Shown here one piece after another: positions 20,451-49,770 of a DNA stretch of 64,000 nucleotides; the first letter of the stretch is position 1; each line of letters starts with the position of its first letter. The stretch lies in NCBI RefSeq assembly GCF_009914755.1, contig NC_060927.1, one strand, 5' to 3'. The translations under genes and the position numbers were made by a program. The stretch comes from the human T2T-CHM13v2.0 reference genome, Homo sapiens. The notes under the pieces are model-generated. The model was not told the origin of the DNA. It worked only from the letters and a program-made list of their open reading frames with translations, and searched no databases.

Positions 20451-21839
20451 GGAGCTATTGCCTGATGGCCTTTAGCTGGCTTCTCCTGTTGGAAAAAAGT
20501 TGAAATTCTAATCTACTTGTTGTAGGCATCTCCTTTTAAAAGGTTTCTTCTAGGTAAGAAGCTAGGGGGCAGTTATCTTTTTTTTCCGTTTTTAAACTTT
20601 GAATGGACTCCTAGTTTTAATATACTGTGGGTTCATGTTCTTTCATCACTTTTAGAAAAATGAGTGATTGAGGTAAATACCGATCCAAATCCCAGGAACA
20701 GAAAAATGGAGCCAATTCACTTGCAGTTTGGGATCAAATGCAGGGTGAGCAGAATGGGGTTGAATCCAGGAGTTTCCCCTTCTGAGAGGTGCTTTTAGTT
20801 TAAATGTCAGTTTATATTTCCAGTTAAAGATACACCTATATTTTATTTGGGCTGAAACAGTAGATGCTCAGTGTTGGCAGACTTGTAAAAGATTTATTCA
20901 CTTTTAAAATTAGAAAACCCTTCAAACTGCATTGGGGAGTGTGAATTGAGAAGTGAAGCTCTCCACTCACCCTGGGAGGTACTCGGAAGCTCTTCAAATT
21001 CACTTTTTAGCATGTGCAATGTCAGGTTGAAGTAACTAATAATCCTTAACATAAAATTTGCTCAGTTTTGAGCAAGATTCTGCTTGCTCCCTTTAGCTTT
21101 TCATTAAAAACATTTCGGAAGTTGTTTGGCCTTTTTATTCATTCCTGGATTTAGAACGCTAGAAATTTGAGATTAAAGGTGACAAACCAGTGTTCTGAGT
21201 AGAAGACTAAAGTGTTAGGAGAGACAGCACTAACAGGTAGTGAGGTTCATAAACGGTTCCACCTACAGCTTAAATAATTCCTTTTCTTTTGATCTCGTTA
21301 ACAGTTTGAGAATATTGTTCCTTTAAAAAGTCATCCCTCTCTGGCTGGGAAGGAGCTTTAGGACATTTTTGGAGGATGATAGACTGACCCATATCTGGAC
21401 TGCGATACACTGAATGCCTAAATCCACATATTTTAATGTGTATACTGTCTACCTCAATTTTTAAGATGAGCTCCTTAACTGAGTTGCTTCCCTTGTCCAC
21501 AGGCTCCGTTAAATAATTCAGAGTAGCACCTTTTCCTTATAGTGACTCAGGCCACCTGACCTTGGGAAGGAGGCCCAAACACCCTACCCCAGCCTGCAGG
21601 GTCTCTCGCCCAGGGGGACTTTCTTCCTTAAGCATCCCCTTGTAAAATGCCTTCTTAGGATTGGCAAGTAAGGTGTCTCGTCTGAGCAATTGGCTTTAAA
21701 CCGTAATGATGATAACCTGGAAATCTTTGGGTTTTCCAACGAAATAATGAGACTTACTTGCTGCTACTCTTTTATTTTGGCTTATTTCAACAACATAGTT
21801 GGGGCTTTTCACTAGTTCTGTGCCTCCAGAGTCCGAAAG

Positions 21840-22120
21840 GCCTGCAGGCTCCGTGGCCCAGCCGGCATCCGGGCGGGGAATCCAAGGCGAGGAATCCGAG
21901 GTCGCCGTCCCCGGAACAGCTGGCCGCGGGCCCGCTGCGTGCCGCGGGTCCCGGGAGTGGCGGGCGCAGGTAGAGTCGCCGCGGGCCTGCGCCGCCGCCC
22001 GGCCAGCCCGGAGCCTGCCTCGGCTCTGGGGACGTGGCCTGGCCGGCGGCTGCTCTTCTCCCCGCAGGCACCCGCTGGGGTATTCACGGCCGCTCTGGTC
22101 ATGGAGTAGGGTCTTCGCTT
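21840..22120. promoter_or_regulatory. Small intronic CpG-rich island
   Basis: About 280 bp of dense CpG/GC flanked by AT-rich sequence, not repeat-derived by eye. Confidence 0.7.
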
Positions 22121-23839
22121 GAGTTTTGGGGGAAGAGTTTCACAACTAGGGAGTTGTGAGCGCTGCTCCAGCTGCTCACAAGTGACCCTTTAGTGTTGTT
22201 TTGCTTTTGGCACATAGAACGTGAGCCCTTTGCAGCCTTGGAGGCGACACCGGCAGCAGAAATGCTGGGTGTGTTGTGTGCCTAAGCTGGGCGTCAGGAT
22301 TCTGTGAATGGCGGGAAGTTGAGCAGGGTTTGAACCCAGGAAAGCCTCTGTCACTAGCGGTGAGGGGCAGTGGGGGTGACATTGTTGCCACCTGGAAAAC
22401 ATTGTAGCCCGCCCCACCCGAGGATGGCAATATTGTTCCCAGTTAGGCAGGTCTGGGGGTGGCGTTTTCTGGAGTCTGGTTGGAAAAAGGGGTGCAGGTG
22501 TTGGTAGAATCCATGCGGTCCCTGTGTTGGGCTTTAAAATGCCTCCTGAAGAGAAAAGTTCTAGAATTCCAACTTGATTTGACCCTGAACATTGAGCACT
22601 CCTGGGACTGTCTCCTGGCAGGAAACTTAAAGTGGCTTCAGTCACTTGGAACAAGGAGGTTTGCTGCCTAAAATAATCGGTTGCTGTGTGAATTTGTTTT
22701 GTATATTTTAAGTCATATTGTAAATGGGACTGTACCTGTATTCAGCACCAGTGTATATTATTCTCTGTTCCCAAAGTCTAAGTTTTTTCAGGTCTGCATA
22801 TACTCAGTGTATGCATGCTTATTTTAAATTATATTCATGTTCTTGCATAAATTATAAAATCCATACCAAAATATTTTTAAAAGCATAATACAAATTTTCC
22901 CACTTACACTGCATGTCGAAGTAATTCTCTTTTTAAGGGTGTGAAATGTAGGTATAGCTAAAGAACCACTTTCCTATCTTTTCCGTCTTTAGAGGCGATC
23001 AGATGTAACTAAGTTGGTGAAATTTATGATAAACTTTGAGAATTTCTACAAGAAATTGGCATTTTAATTGGAATCCGATTGATTCATATTAATTTCAACA
23101 AATTTTTAAAAAAAATTTTTTTAAAGGAAGGACAAGGAGAGAAAGTGAACAGAAATGGGTATTCTAGTATTTCTGTTACCTGCTTTCAACCTGCTCTACA
23201 CTACTGGGTGAATATGTCCTCTGAGTGCAGACATCTCACCTACTGGCTGGAAAACCAAACCTAACTGCCTTGAAAATAATTACAGAGGTTGCTGCTTTGA
23301 ATCCAGTTCAGCAGGTAGACATTAGGAAGCCTACTGAATTCAGAAAATGCTTGATAAAAATATATGGGAGGGAAATGTTCGTTATTGATATGTTAATTGC
23401 TTAGCCTTTGTGGGCTTAAGGTAGTTCCATTAAAGTGCATAGGAATGGATTTTTCAACATGGACCCTCAGGAAGTGGGCCACAGCTAGTTTGGCAAGCCT
23501 GTGCTGATGAGGTTGCCTTGAAGGCATAACCTGTCATAAACTGTGCTAGTAGTATGGAGGCTGTTGTGGTATCAGCACTGTCTGGGAAACCTTTTGTGAT
23601 TATTTGTTCAGTTTCCTTCCTTTACAAAGATAAACTATAGTGGTTTTAGTGGTTTGGGGATTGCATAGATTTGATACAAGATTTTTATTTCCAATTCTAG
23701 GAATATACATTTTGGAAGACAAGATATTTGGGGAAAAAAACGTTACTTTTTCTAGACTTCCAGTTCTTCATTTGACAACGGTATTTGTTCTTTATCATTG
23801 ACATTGTTTTCAAAGTGAAATAGTTGTACTTGAAATGGG

Positions 23840-33396
<9,557 letters not shown>

Positions 33397-33814
33397 CAGC
33401 TGTTTTTGTTCCCAAACCTGTTGATTGTAATTAACCCAGCTCAAGTAAAGATGAAATAGGAGTGCAGAATATCGTAATTTCTATGAAAACTGACTGGAAT
33501 TTCTATGAAAACTGATTTGATAAAGTAAGCTCTGGGGAAACAGCAGAGAACAAAATAGTCCCACATCCCTCAGGCCCTTGTAGACTTCACATTGGGATAA
33601 TAAGATGATTCCCTGCCTTTGCTGTGTCCTTAATCTGCTTCTGACTGGAGTGGAGGCTGCTGCTGTTGCACAGAGGGAGCATCTGTGGATGGCTGGTTTG
33701 GAACCCCCGGCTATCTCCCTGGTGTGAAGTAAGACATTCAGTGTGTGATGGTTATAATCTTAAGAGTGAGAGGGGGAGGTTGAGTACAGGCTGCAGGAGT
33801 ACTGAGAATGCTTT

Positions 33815-33815
33815 T

Positions 33816-33858
<43 letters not shown>

Positions 33859-33866
33859 TTTTATTT
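33815..33866 (+). repeat. (TTTA)n microsatellite
   Basis: Direct inspection. Confidence 0.9.
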
Positions 33867-34784
33867 TTGGCTCAGGCTAAAGTGCAGTGGGAAGAATGAC
33901 CTGACTTTTTTGTTTGAGAATCAAATGAAATATTTTCTGCAATATGCCCTGTTTATAAGTGAAGACATTTATGTAGAAATTTAAAGTGAAGGAATTCATA
34001 TGCAGACAGTGCTGCATGGGGGCTAATGGGAGCACCTGCTATGCCCCACCCCCATCCTTGACCATTGGGGAAAAAAATGGGTTTTTGTTTGTTTTTTAAT
34101 TCTTCATTTTCCTAAAACAACAGGTTTTTACTTCCTTTGTTTCTGTTGTTAGCTTGAAAAGAGCCTTCAGGGATTTAGAGGAATATTCCAAGAGGAAAAT
34201 TCGTTTTTCCAATTTAATTTAATTTTTAAAACCACATAGGTGCTGGAAATACAAAGAAAAACCACAGCTCTGTTCAGCTGTGGACTGACCCAAATATTTG
34301 GAGCTTTGGGGCTCAGAGTTACCTCCATGTGTATGGATGAAGTAAGGTTTAAGTGTCTCCACTTTTAAACTGAAGTTTGGTAGGTGAAACCGAGTGATTG
34401 TGTTTGTTACGGTTATAAATGGAAACCATTTTAAGAAAGGATAGCAAATCCTGTCATAGCAGGAGATAGTGATTAAGTCTAGATGATGTTTGGGACTTGA
34501 CACAACAGCTACAAATTTCATGTTAAGCCTGTTGTGCAATAAATCCAGACTTGCCTTGATTGAGATCCTACAGCTAAAGTTATCTGTCTTATCTGCAGCT
34601 TTATTGTTGGTTTATTTAAGTAGATTTTGTGTTAATTACATACACAAATGTTAACATACACAGGCATACAATGAAAGGCATTAAATATACCAGGGCTTCC
34701 TAGATCGGGGGAGTTTTACTTCTAGTATAGCCAGTTTTAAAGTTGGAAAACGAACATTTCATTTTCTTATAAAAGGAGGGATGG

Positions 34785-35066
<282 letters not shown>

Positions 35067-37194
35067 TCATTTTGTCTAGGGTCTACTGCATAATCTGAGC
35101 GCATAATTTGTCTGAATTTAATGACAGTTCATTCTATCAGTTCCTCTTTGTCCTAGCCCCATAGAACTTAATTTTTCCAGATTTTTTTGTTTGCCTGTTG
35201 AGATGTAAAACCAATTGTCTTCCCCATCAAAAAAGGTATGTAAAACATCAAATGGAATAAAATTTAAAAGTCATGTGCAAGATGAAATCATGAAGATGAG
35301 AAGGAGGTGATGTTAAGCTCTGGTTTGAGAGAAGAGGTTGAGTTTCAGGCTCTGCTGGGTTCCCGTTATTGGCATGTTACGGACATCTGGACAAATCACA
35401 GTTTTTGCATGTGTAACATGATGGGGGGAGTGGGGGCAGAATGTCCAAGGTGTAACAGTTCTGTAGCTTCAGCAGGTTAAGAAACATTCTCATTTTAATT
35501 TCTTGACTTTACACCTATTTGTAAATGTTATCACTGTGAGAGGGTCCTCTCCCCCTCTAAATGGTAAAAGCAGACAGGTTGGCTCACTGTGAACAGAAAA
35601 GAGGAACCCGGATCAATGAATGCTTAATCAAAAGTATGTTAACACTTGATAGGAGTGAAAAAGGGAGGGAAGGGGTTACAATTTTGTTTTAAATGTGTTT
35701 AAAAGATAACATTTAAGGGTTTTGGGAAAATAACGTTTTGTTTAGAATTCACAACACTTGTCATTTTAGGCTGTAATTTTTCTGAGTATGTTTATGCCTG
35801 TGAGTATAATATTTGATGTTTTTCATTTCTCCTTCCTTCACCATCCTTGGTCAGCTCATAATTGCTGGATGAATAGAAAACTGAGATTTTTCTTGGGGAT
35901 ATCTTTTATCCTAGGAAGTAACTTTAGTTAACTCTAATCCTGATTTAATTATAAGTAATATATAAACCTATTTTGTTTGGATTATCTGTAAATTTTATTT
36001 TTAAAATGTACCCCGTCCCACTTCTTTCCAAAGTTGTGGTGTACCAGGTTCGTGGGGCTCCTTTCAAGCAACCATTTACATACACAAGCATATAGAGGTT
36101 AGTCTTAAAAAACATGTGTAGGTGCTACCCTGTACTGACTTGCTGGTCATTACTTGCTCTAAACTTGGCCTTTATGGTGTGAAATTTATTTTGCCTTTTT
36201 CTGCTTCTGATTGCCTCTTTTATTTGGCTGTTGCCAGCAATGCTCATCCTTGTGTCCCTGTAACCCTCTCTTATAGAAGGGAGATCTTCCCCTCCCCCGA
36301 CAGCTCCCCCAGCAAGGAGATCTCTAGAACCCTGGAGAGGCACGTTTGAGATGTTAATAGATCCCAGCACTTTGCTCCGGAGAGCTTGCCTTCCACCAGC
36401 CGCATTTCCTCCCTCCCCACCCCTCCCTTATTGCCATCAATCTAATGAAAAAAATGGCTGGTCCTGTTGTTTTACTCTTCATTTGTGCAATTGCTATGAG
36501 GTGTGCATGAGCTTTTCATATGTTTACTGGCCATTTGAGTTTTCCTCCTGAATTCCCTGCTCCTGTTCCTGGGCTGATATCTTGGGTTAAAAAAATTCAA
36601 TTTGTAGGCATTTTGGATAAATACTGATTACTAGTTGTGTGTTACAAAGGATTTTTCTGAGGCCATAGTTTGCCTCCATTTAGTTTAACTTGGTATACAT
36701 TTTAAATTTTTAGTGTGATAGATGTTTACTTCCTCTACATTTTGTGTCTTTAGGTCCCACCTTAGAATATAGTCTTGGTATATCATAGAAGGTGGATCTA
36801 ATTTTATTTAGAACAAATAACGAGCCTAATGTTCTGTCTGTTAGTGAATGGTTTCTTGTCCTTTTTTTCTTTGTACCTTAGCTTTCAGGGAAGCCATTCT
36901 GAAAATAGCTGTTGGCTGTGGGTGAAGAGTAGGTATATGAAGGCCCTTAACTTGTGAATGCCAGCTGGCTTGCAATCAGTTGAGTGTTCATGCTTCGTGG
37001 CCATATACTGGTAGCTATTATACTGGTAGCTATTAAGGAAATAGTCTCTGCAGACGTTCAGTTATTCACAGCAGACAAGTGATGATGCTTATATTGGTCT
37101 AGGTCTTGTTACAAACGACCCATTCCTTCAGCATGTACCTATTCCTGGGCTGGGTCTTTCTATACAGAATTGCTATCTTATAGGTGCCTTTTCC

Positions 37195-37545
37195 CCCCAA
37201 TTTTTATCTTCATTGGATTTTTAAATTACAAAAGAAATAAGTAGTCACTATAACACAGGCAAACTTGAAGTAGATTAAGAAAAAAACAACAACTTGCCAG
37301 TTTCACTCCCCAAATGTAATCATTGTTAACAGCGTGGATAATGTAATTGTTCTTATTTCCTAAGCGTATGCAATGCCATCTTTATGACTGTCTGTAATTT
37401 AGTCGTGTAAGCATTGATATAAAGGTGTTTTGAAATATATATTGCATTTTGTACTGTCTGTAATATGTCTGTGCCACCACCACCACAATCAAGATATAGG
37501 ACATTTCCACCAGCCCAGAAAGTTCCTTTACTGTGTGGCCTTTTA
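37195..37545 (-). mobile_element. Ancient L1M 3' fragment
   Basis: 'accaccaccacaatcaagatataggacatttccaccagcccagaaagttcc' is an antisense L1M 3'UTR pattern. Confidence 0.6.
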
Positions 37546-37721
37546 GTACAAATCTGTGGAGAATTTGGCCTGCTTTTCTGGTCATGGGTCTCAAAAGGAT
37601 TTATGAAAAGTATAGTTTTAGGGGCTGTGGATATGGTCAAATCTCTAATGATGGAAAGTTGCAATGTCTTGATGTCCTGGCTTACTACTGATCTGAGGAT
37701 AGTTGTAAAACTTACTAACGT

Positions 37722-42130
<4,409 letters not shown>

Positions 42131-44329
42131 GGTGCAGTTCTTGGAACTCACGCCATACACCTAGGAACAACTCCACTCGCTTCTGAGCACCTGTCTCTAC
42201 CTGCTTTGCTCTAGCACCATAAAGATTGCCCCTGTAATTTCAGCAGGGATTTCCCCACAGCTCAGCAGAGAGAGAAGGGAGAAAAGAAAGGAAACTCTCA
42301 GTGCTGGTCCTCATATGCTGAGGAGGGGAATTTGCAGATTCCATCACTGTCTAGATTTACTGCTGGGAAAACATTGTCCGTTTTGAAAACTGTTAGTTTG
42401 ATAATGGCATAATTATTTATTGTTGGTCATTTTGCTTTGACTCCCAGGAAGCTCAGAGCCAAACCATGGTCTCAATCCAGGAAGTCCCATCCCGCATGCT
42501 GCTCTCCTTTCATGACTCAAGCTTGCCTGTGTTTGTCTTCTTTGTAAGCTGCTTTTCTTAGATTTGGGTGAGAGTTCCTGAAAAAAATTTCAGTAAAAAT
42601 TGAGTATGATGGGGTTGTAAATTGTCCAGGATAGACAGGTTTTGATCCAAGAAATCAGACTGCTGAGTTAGGTAAAAGAATTAAGCCATTGTACCAGCAT
42701 AGCACTTGTCAAATATGCATATAATCCCCATGTATGCTCTGTCCCTTCCTGGATAGAGTCCAGACCCGTGCCAAGGGGCGGGTGCAGAGTCTTGCCAGCA
42801 TGTGCCTCACAGAGAAGTCGGGGCAGTGAGGACTACAAAGCTCTCCTCTGTAAAAATCAAAGTGATTTGAGAAACCCCAGGGTTATTCATGTCCCCTTAT
42901 ACAGGCCTTAGCCAGGTGTAGGCTCTTCTGATCCCCATCTCCCCACCCCCACCCAAGAACCCTCTGTTCTGCAATTTGGTACATCTTGAAACCCCTTCTT
43001 GAGAGGTGAGAGGAAGTGGTTAATCCCCACTTCCTTCCCTGGGAGTTTTATGGGCCTCTGGGAGCCTGCCTTACTCTGGCCTTAATGGTCATAAATGACC
43101 CTCTCTCAGGGCAGGGCCAAGCCCCTATGAGTCTTAGGTGCTTAATAAATGCTTTTTGATGGTGATTCCCTTGGTCTTCTGTAATTGGAGGGCGGGGGTG
43201 GGACTATTTATAGGATTATCGGGGTGTTGGCCACAGCCCCTCCAGCTGGGTATAGGCCTGGAACATTGTGATTGGGCAAGGGCTTCCAGGGTGCTGGGAC
43301 TAGGTTTGACTGAATTGGTCAAGTCATGCCTTTGTTGAGAAATACAAGAGGGGCAGGGCCTCACCCTCCAAGGGAGCCCTCTGCTTCCTGCTACTTTCAC
43401 CCCCCAAGATCTGGCCTGCATGGTAGCAGGGGGTGGGAGAAATGTGAAGGTAATGGTAATTGAGGGTTGATCTTGATTTGCACCTCAGGACACTCCCCCC
43501 AACTCACCAGGATCCCTTTTCTCATCAACCAGAGTTCTAAGGCATAGCAGTAACTCCCCAGTAAGCTTATTTCTTGGTTTGCCCAGCTCTTGGGACAGGC
43601 TTACCCAGGGGCCTCGAAGTAAGGGATACTGGGATCTGTGAAAATGGAGTGGATGGCCCAGTTGTGCTTAGCACATTTAATCTTTATTAGTGGCAAAAGA
43701 GCTCTGGGAAGGAAATCTGGGCAGGCATCACCTCTCCTGCTAGCAGGTCCCCCTCCCTTTCCCTGCCAGCTAATCCCCGTGCCTCCCATTCTGCAGGGTT
43801 TTAATTAACTGTGTTTAATCTTCCCCGGGAAGCAGGCTTAATGCCCGCCTGCGTGCTTATCCCGTTACCCGCTGGGTTTTCTGTTCCAGCCCAGCCAAGG
43901 ACAAGTAACATTCTGGAGGAGTCTTCGCCCAAGGGCCATTAGCTGAGGGAACCTCCCTGAGCTCCTTTCCTGTCGTGCTGCTTTCTGGGAAGGTGCAGAG
44001 CCGGCCCAGAAAGCAAACCAGGGTGTGGGCAAGGGTTAATCTGGGCCCTGCCCGCCCACCCTGCCTTTGTGGAGGAGCTCCATAAATCCTGCTGGATTTA
44101 ATGTTATGCAAATAACTCCAGATAAACGCACTTTTTTCTGGTTAGAGTCTCAAGATGTTTTAATGTGAACTATAGAGAAAATAAGTGTCCTAAAAACTAT
44201 GAGAGCCGAAGTATTTTACGGGGAAATTATCTGTAGTGACTGCCCACTATGTGCTTACCCATGCTTTCTCGCGTCGTCGTTATTTTGTGTGGTTGTGTAA
44301 ATCAGCCCTTCCCTGGTTAACAATGACCT

Positions 44330-44462
44330 GGGAGTTGGTTAGCCCTGGGGCTCCCTACCCCATGGAGATTCTGATTCTCTAAAACTGGGGTGGGGCTCAA
44401 ATTTGCATCTTTAACAAGTACCTCTGGGGATTCTAATGCTGGTGGCCCCTTTGAGAAACAGA
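44330..44462. mobile_element. MER5-like hAT-Charlie DNA transposon relic
   Basis: 'ccccatggagattctgattc...ggggtggggctcaaatttgcatctttaacaagtacctctggggattctaatgc...ctttgagaaaca' is typical of MER5A/B. Confidence 0.65.
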
Positions 44463-45908
44463 TTTAAATGTTGCCCTAGGAGGAAGAGGGGATTTTAGGT
44501 CACAACAGAGTTCTCAGCACACTGTTTTGTTTTGTGAATTGGCATTTTACCCAATTGTCAGTCATAACTTCACTTTTATTCCCTTTCCCTGAGACTGGGT
44601 CTCGGCCTGTCACTCAGGCTAGAGTGCAGTGGCGTGATCACAGCTCACCGGAGCCTCGGCCTCCCAGACTCAAGCAATCCTTCTGCCTCAGCCTCTGGCG
44701 TAGCTAGGAGTACAGGCACTCTCCACCATGCCTAGCTAACTTTAAAAAATTTTGTAGAGAGCGTCTCACCAGTGACCCACCGAGCCTGGCCAATCATAAC
44801 TTTTCTATTTCATTTTAAATGATATCTCCTGAGTTGTAAATTGGTAGACCTGTATTATTATCAGATGCCCTGGTGGGTTTAAGCAGCCTGTGATAATAAT
44901 GAAGCTTTAACTTAGCTGATGAAGTCGGTTAACCAACTTCAAGCCATAACAATTCCTAGAATATTGAATCAACCTTTAGCCATCCCCCTCCTCTGAGCCA
45001 CCTTGAAAAGATAGCCAGTGGAGACATTGTATTTCTAAGAAGCCATTCCGTACTTCCAAAGTTCCCCAATTTTAATGACATTGGGATGGAAATTCAAATT
45101 AAGACAAGGTAATGAAGACGGAGTTTTTGGGCTGAATTTGAGCGAAACTCCCCAAAGTTGTTTCATGTGGGACTCTGCCTTCAACACAAACAAGGACAGC
45201 TAGAACTAGGTGAGGCTGTGCATCTGAGGGCCTTGCCAGGTCTTCCCTTCTGGTTTCACCTCTAGTTGGCATCTCTCTCTAAATGGAGCTGAACAGGAGC
45301 CACCTGGAGGCTTTCCAGGTACCTGTCTGGATTGTATAAAAACAGCTGATGCTGTGCTGTGGAGGGGAGTACAGTAATTTTCAGACAGAGCTGAAATGTT
45401 TGTGGCTGTGTCTCCCAGACCATGCCAGGGCTTCCATTTCACTCCCAGGGTTAATTGGGTGAAAATGTGGGAGACACATGGCTCAAACCCACAGAAAGCT
45501 TGCAAAGATGTAGGAATCCCCAGGAGCCAGGGCAAAAAGGATGAAAGAGAAGAAGGTGTTTAGTATATTCAGGAGTCCCCACTGTCCCTCATCTGGCTGA
45601 GCAGCTCCTGCCACCACACCATGAACAGTCTTGCTGCCACCTGGCTTGGCAGCCCTCCTTCCCTCTAGCGGGTTTGCAAGGAGTCTTCAGTTTGGGGGTT
45701 ACTCTGGGGGTTACTCACAGGTACAAACCCTTTCTTTAACTCAGTGGTCACTAGGTAAATGAGATCATATGATATTATAAGCCAGTTGTATGTATTGTTA
45801 ATGACAGTATGCCCTGTGAGAGAACAAAGGGCCTTGGGATCTTTCATGAGGTTACTGGGTCAAATTGCCATGCGACCTAGGCCAAGTTTGGATCTTTTTT
45901 TTTTTTGA

Positions 45909-46429
<521 letters not shown>

Positions 46430-46559
46430 TAGTAGAGACAGGGTTTCACCGTGTTAGCCAGGATGGTCTCGATCTCCTGACCTTGTGATCCACACGCCTC
46501 AGCCTCCCAAAGTGCTGGGATTACAGGCGTGAGCCACTATGCCTGGCCACCACTTCTTA

Positions 46560-47740
<1,181 letters not shown>

Positions 47741-48019
47741 AGGTTGTGCATTTTAAATGAGTTGATACAGGGAAGCATCCAGGCCAGTGCCTGACTTACT
47801 GTATCCTTACATTTGGCAAGTACACATTGACTATCTGTCTTGAGCTCAGCTTTGTGCTCAGTTAAATGCAGGCCTTTCCATATGTGACAAATGAATGTGC
47901 TGACAAGCAGAGATTCGCCTGGAGTTGGCCTCCTCCCACATTTGCCTCTGAGTCTTGGCTTAGCTGGCTCTCAATATGGGGCTGGTTTTTTGTTTTGTTT
48001 TGGGAGTGTAATGTTTTAT

Positions 48020-48286
48020 ATATTTATGGGCTCAACCAACTGTGGATTGAAAATATTAGAAATAAGGCAATAAAAATTTCAAATGCAGTATAGTTATTGA
48101 CATAATATTTACATTGTACTAGATATTCATAACCAATCTAGAAATGATTTAAAGTATATGGGAGGATGTTCATGGGTTGTCTGCAAATACTACACCATTT
48201 ATATAAGGAACTTGAGTATCCTTGGATTTTGGTATCCAAGGGGGTCCTGGACACGCAGTCTTCCACAGATAACGAGAGACGACTGT
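48020..48286. mobile_element. MER2 (TcMar-Tigger) DNA transposon, partial
   Basis: 'atgatttaaagtatatgggaggatgt...gcaaatactacaccattt...ggattttggtatcc...gataacgagagacgactg' followed by TA. Confidence 0.8.
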
Positions 48287-49590
48287 ACTTTATACAAGCA
48301 TGGCAAAGAGCCACTTAATAGTGTGTGACCTCATGTGAGTTAATCTCTTTGCCTTAGATTTTTAATTTGTTAAATAGAAATGATAGGTAGATACTTATGC
48401 TATACTGTGCGCATGATGAAATGCACAGATCTGAATATATGGTGAGTTTTGACAGTTGTGCACCCCAGGGTAGTGTGCATTTCTTTCTGCCCTCTTAGTT
48501 CTACAGGTCAGAGGAATCCTGCCAAGGGAGTTTTGCAAGGTCTGGCCCATAAACTCTTATCTTGTCTGCAGAAGTCAGCTGGTCTTGTCACTTCTTTCCC
48601 TGATAACCACCCCTCTTCCCTGGAGGGGTGGGGGCCTGAATCATCAGGGCATGAAGCCGTTGTGGAAGGTTCCCTCCAAAGAAATAAGGGGATTGTCTTT
48701 GCTAATTCTCTGCTATCTCTTTATCTCATATTTCTTAATACTGTTTTCTTTTTATGGTTCTTTTTGGGAAACGAGGCTCAAAAATACCCCTAGTTTTGTC
48801 TATGATTAGGGTCCTGAGGTTATTTTTCCCTTGAGCCAGGCAGTTTTAAAATGCCTGATGCCTCTTCATTTTTGCCCTTTAAAACACCAGCCTTGGCCAG
48901 CTGAATGAAACCTGGGGCAGTGGCCAGGCTGTGGACCCAGTGGAGTCTGGGGATGGCGGGAATCACCTTGGTTAGCTGAGACTTGAGGTCACAGGAAAAC
49001 CAGAAAGCTGAGCTTTCATGTGGTAGTGTCATGGAGCAGTGGAAACTTGTGGATTTCAGAGCCCTGCCAGACACATCCCTAAGCCCCTAAACCCCAATCC
49101 CTCACCCCTATTCAATGAGTTCCCTGAAGCTCTGGGGGTCTAGGGTTGGAGAGAGGTTAAGATGATATTTAAATTTTTTCAAACACTCTTATTTTAGGAA
49201 ATGGGAAAACATGGGATCCTGGCCCTGGGCAGTCAGGGGAGCCTTAAGCTGGGGGTACTAAGTGGACAGGGGACTTAAGGGCATGATAACTGCAAGTGAA
49301 TTTAAAAAGCTGTTATGTTGGAAAATAAGCCCCTCAGTTTGGATGGATAAGGTCAGAAGGAACCCAGTCTTGTGGAGCTACTACTTGGTAGTTAAACATT
49401 GTTTCATGGTGAAGGTAGAGCGAGTTCATTTACCTGCCTTAGATTAGAAACGCTGGCACTGCAGTTTCCCCCAGGACTAATTTTTAAACAGTGTGGTTAG
49501 AGGAAGGATCTTGCATAGGGCCTGGAGTTTTTTTGGTTTTTTTTTTCTTTTGAGACAGAGCCTTGCTCTGTTACCCAGGCTGGAATGTAA

Positions 49591-49770
<180 letters not shown>

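Noticed and set aside
22795-22815. 21-bp near-palindrome tgcatatactcagtgtatgca
   Set aside because: Isolated and within chance expectation for 64 kb; no supporting context.
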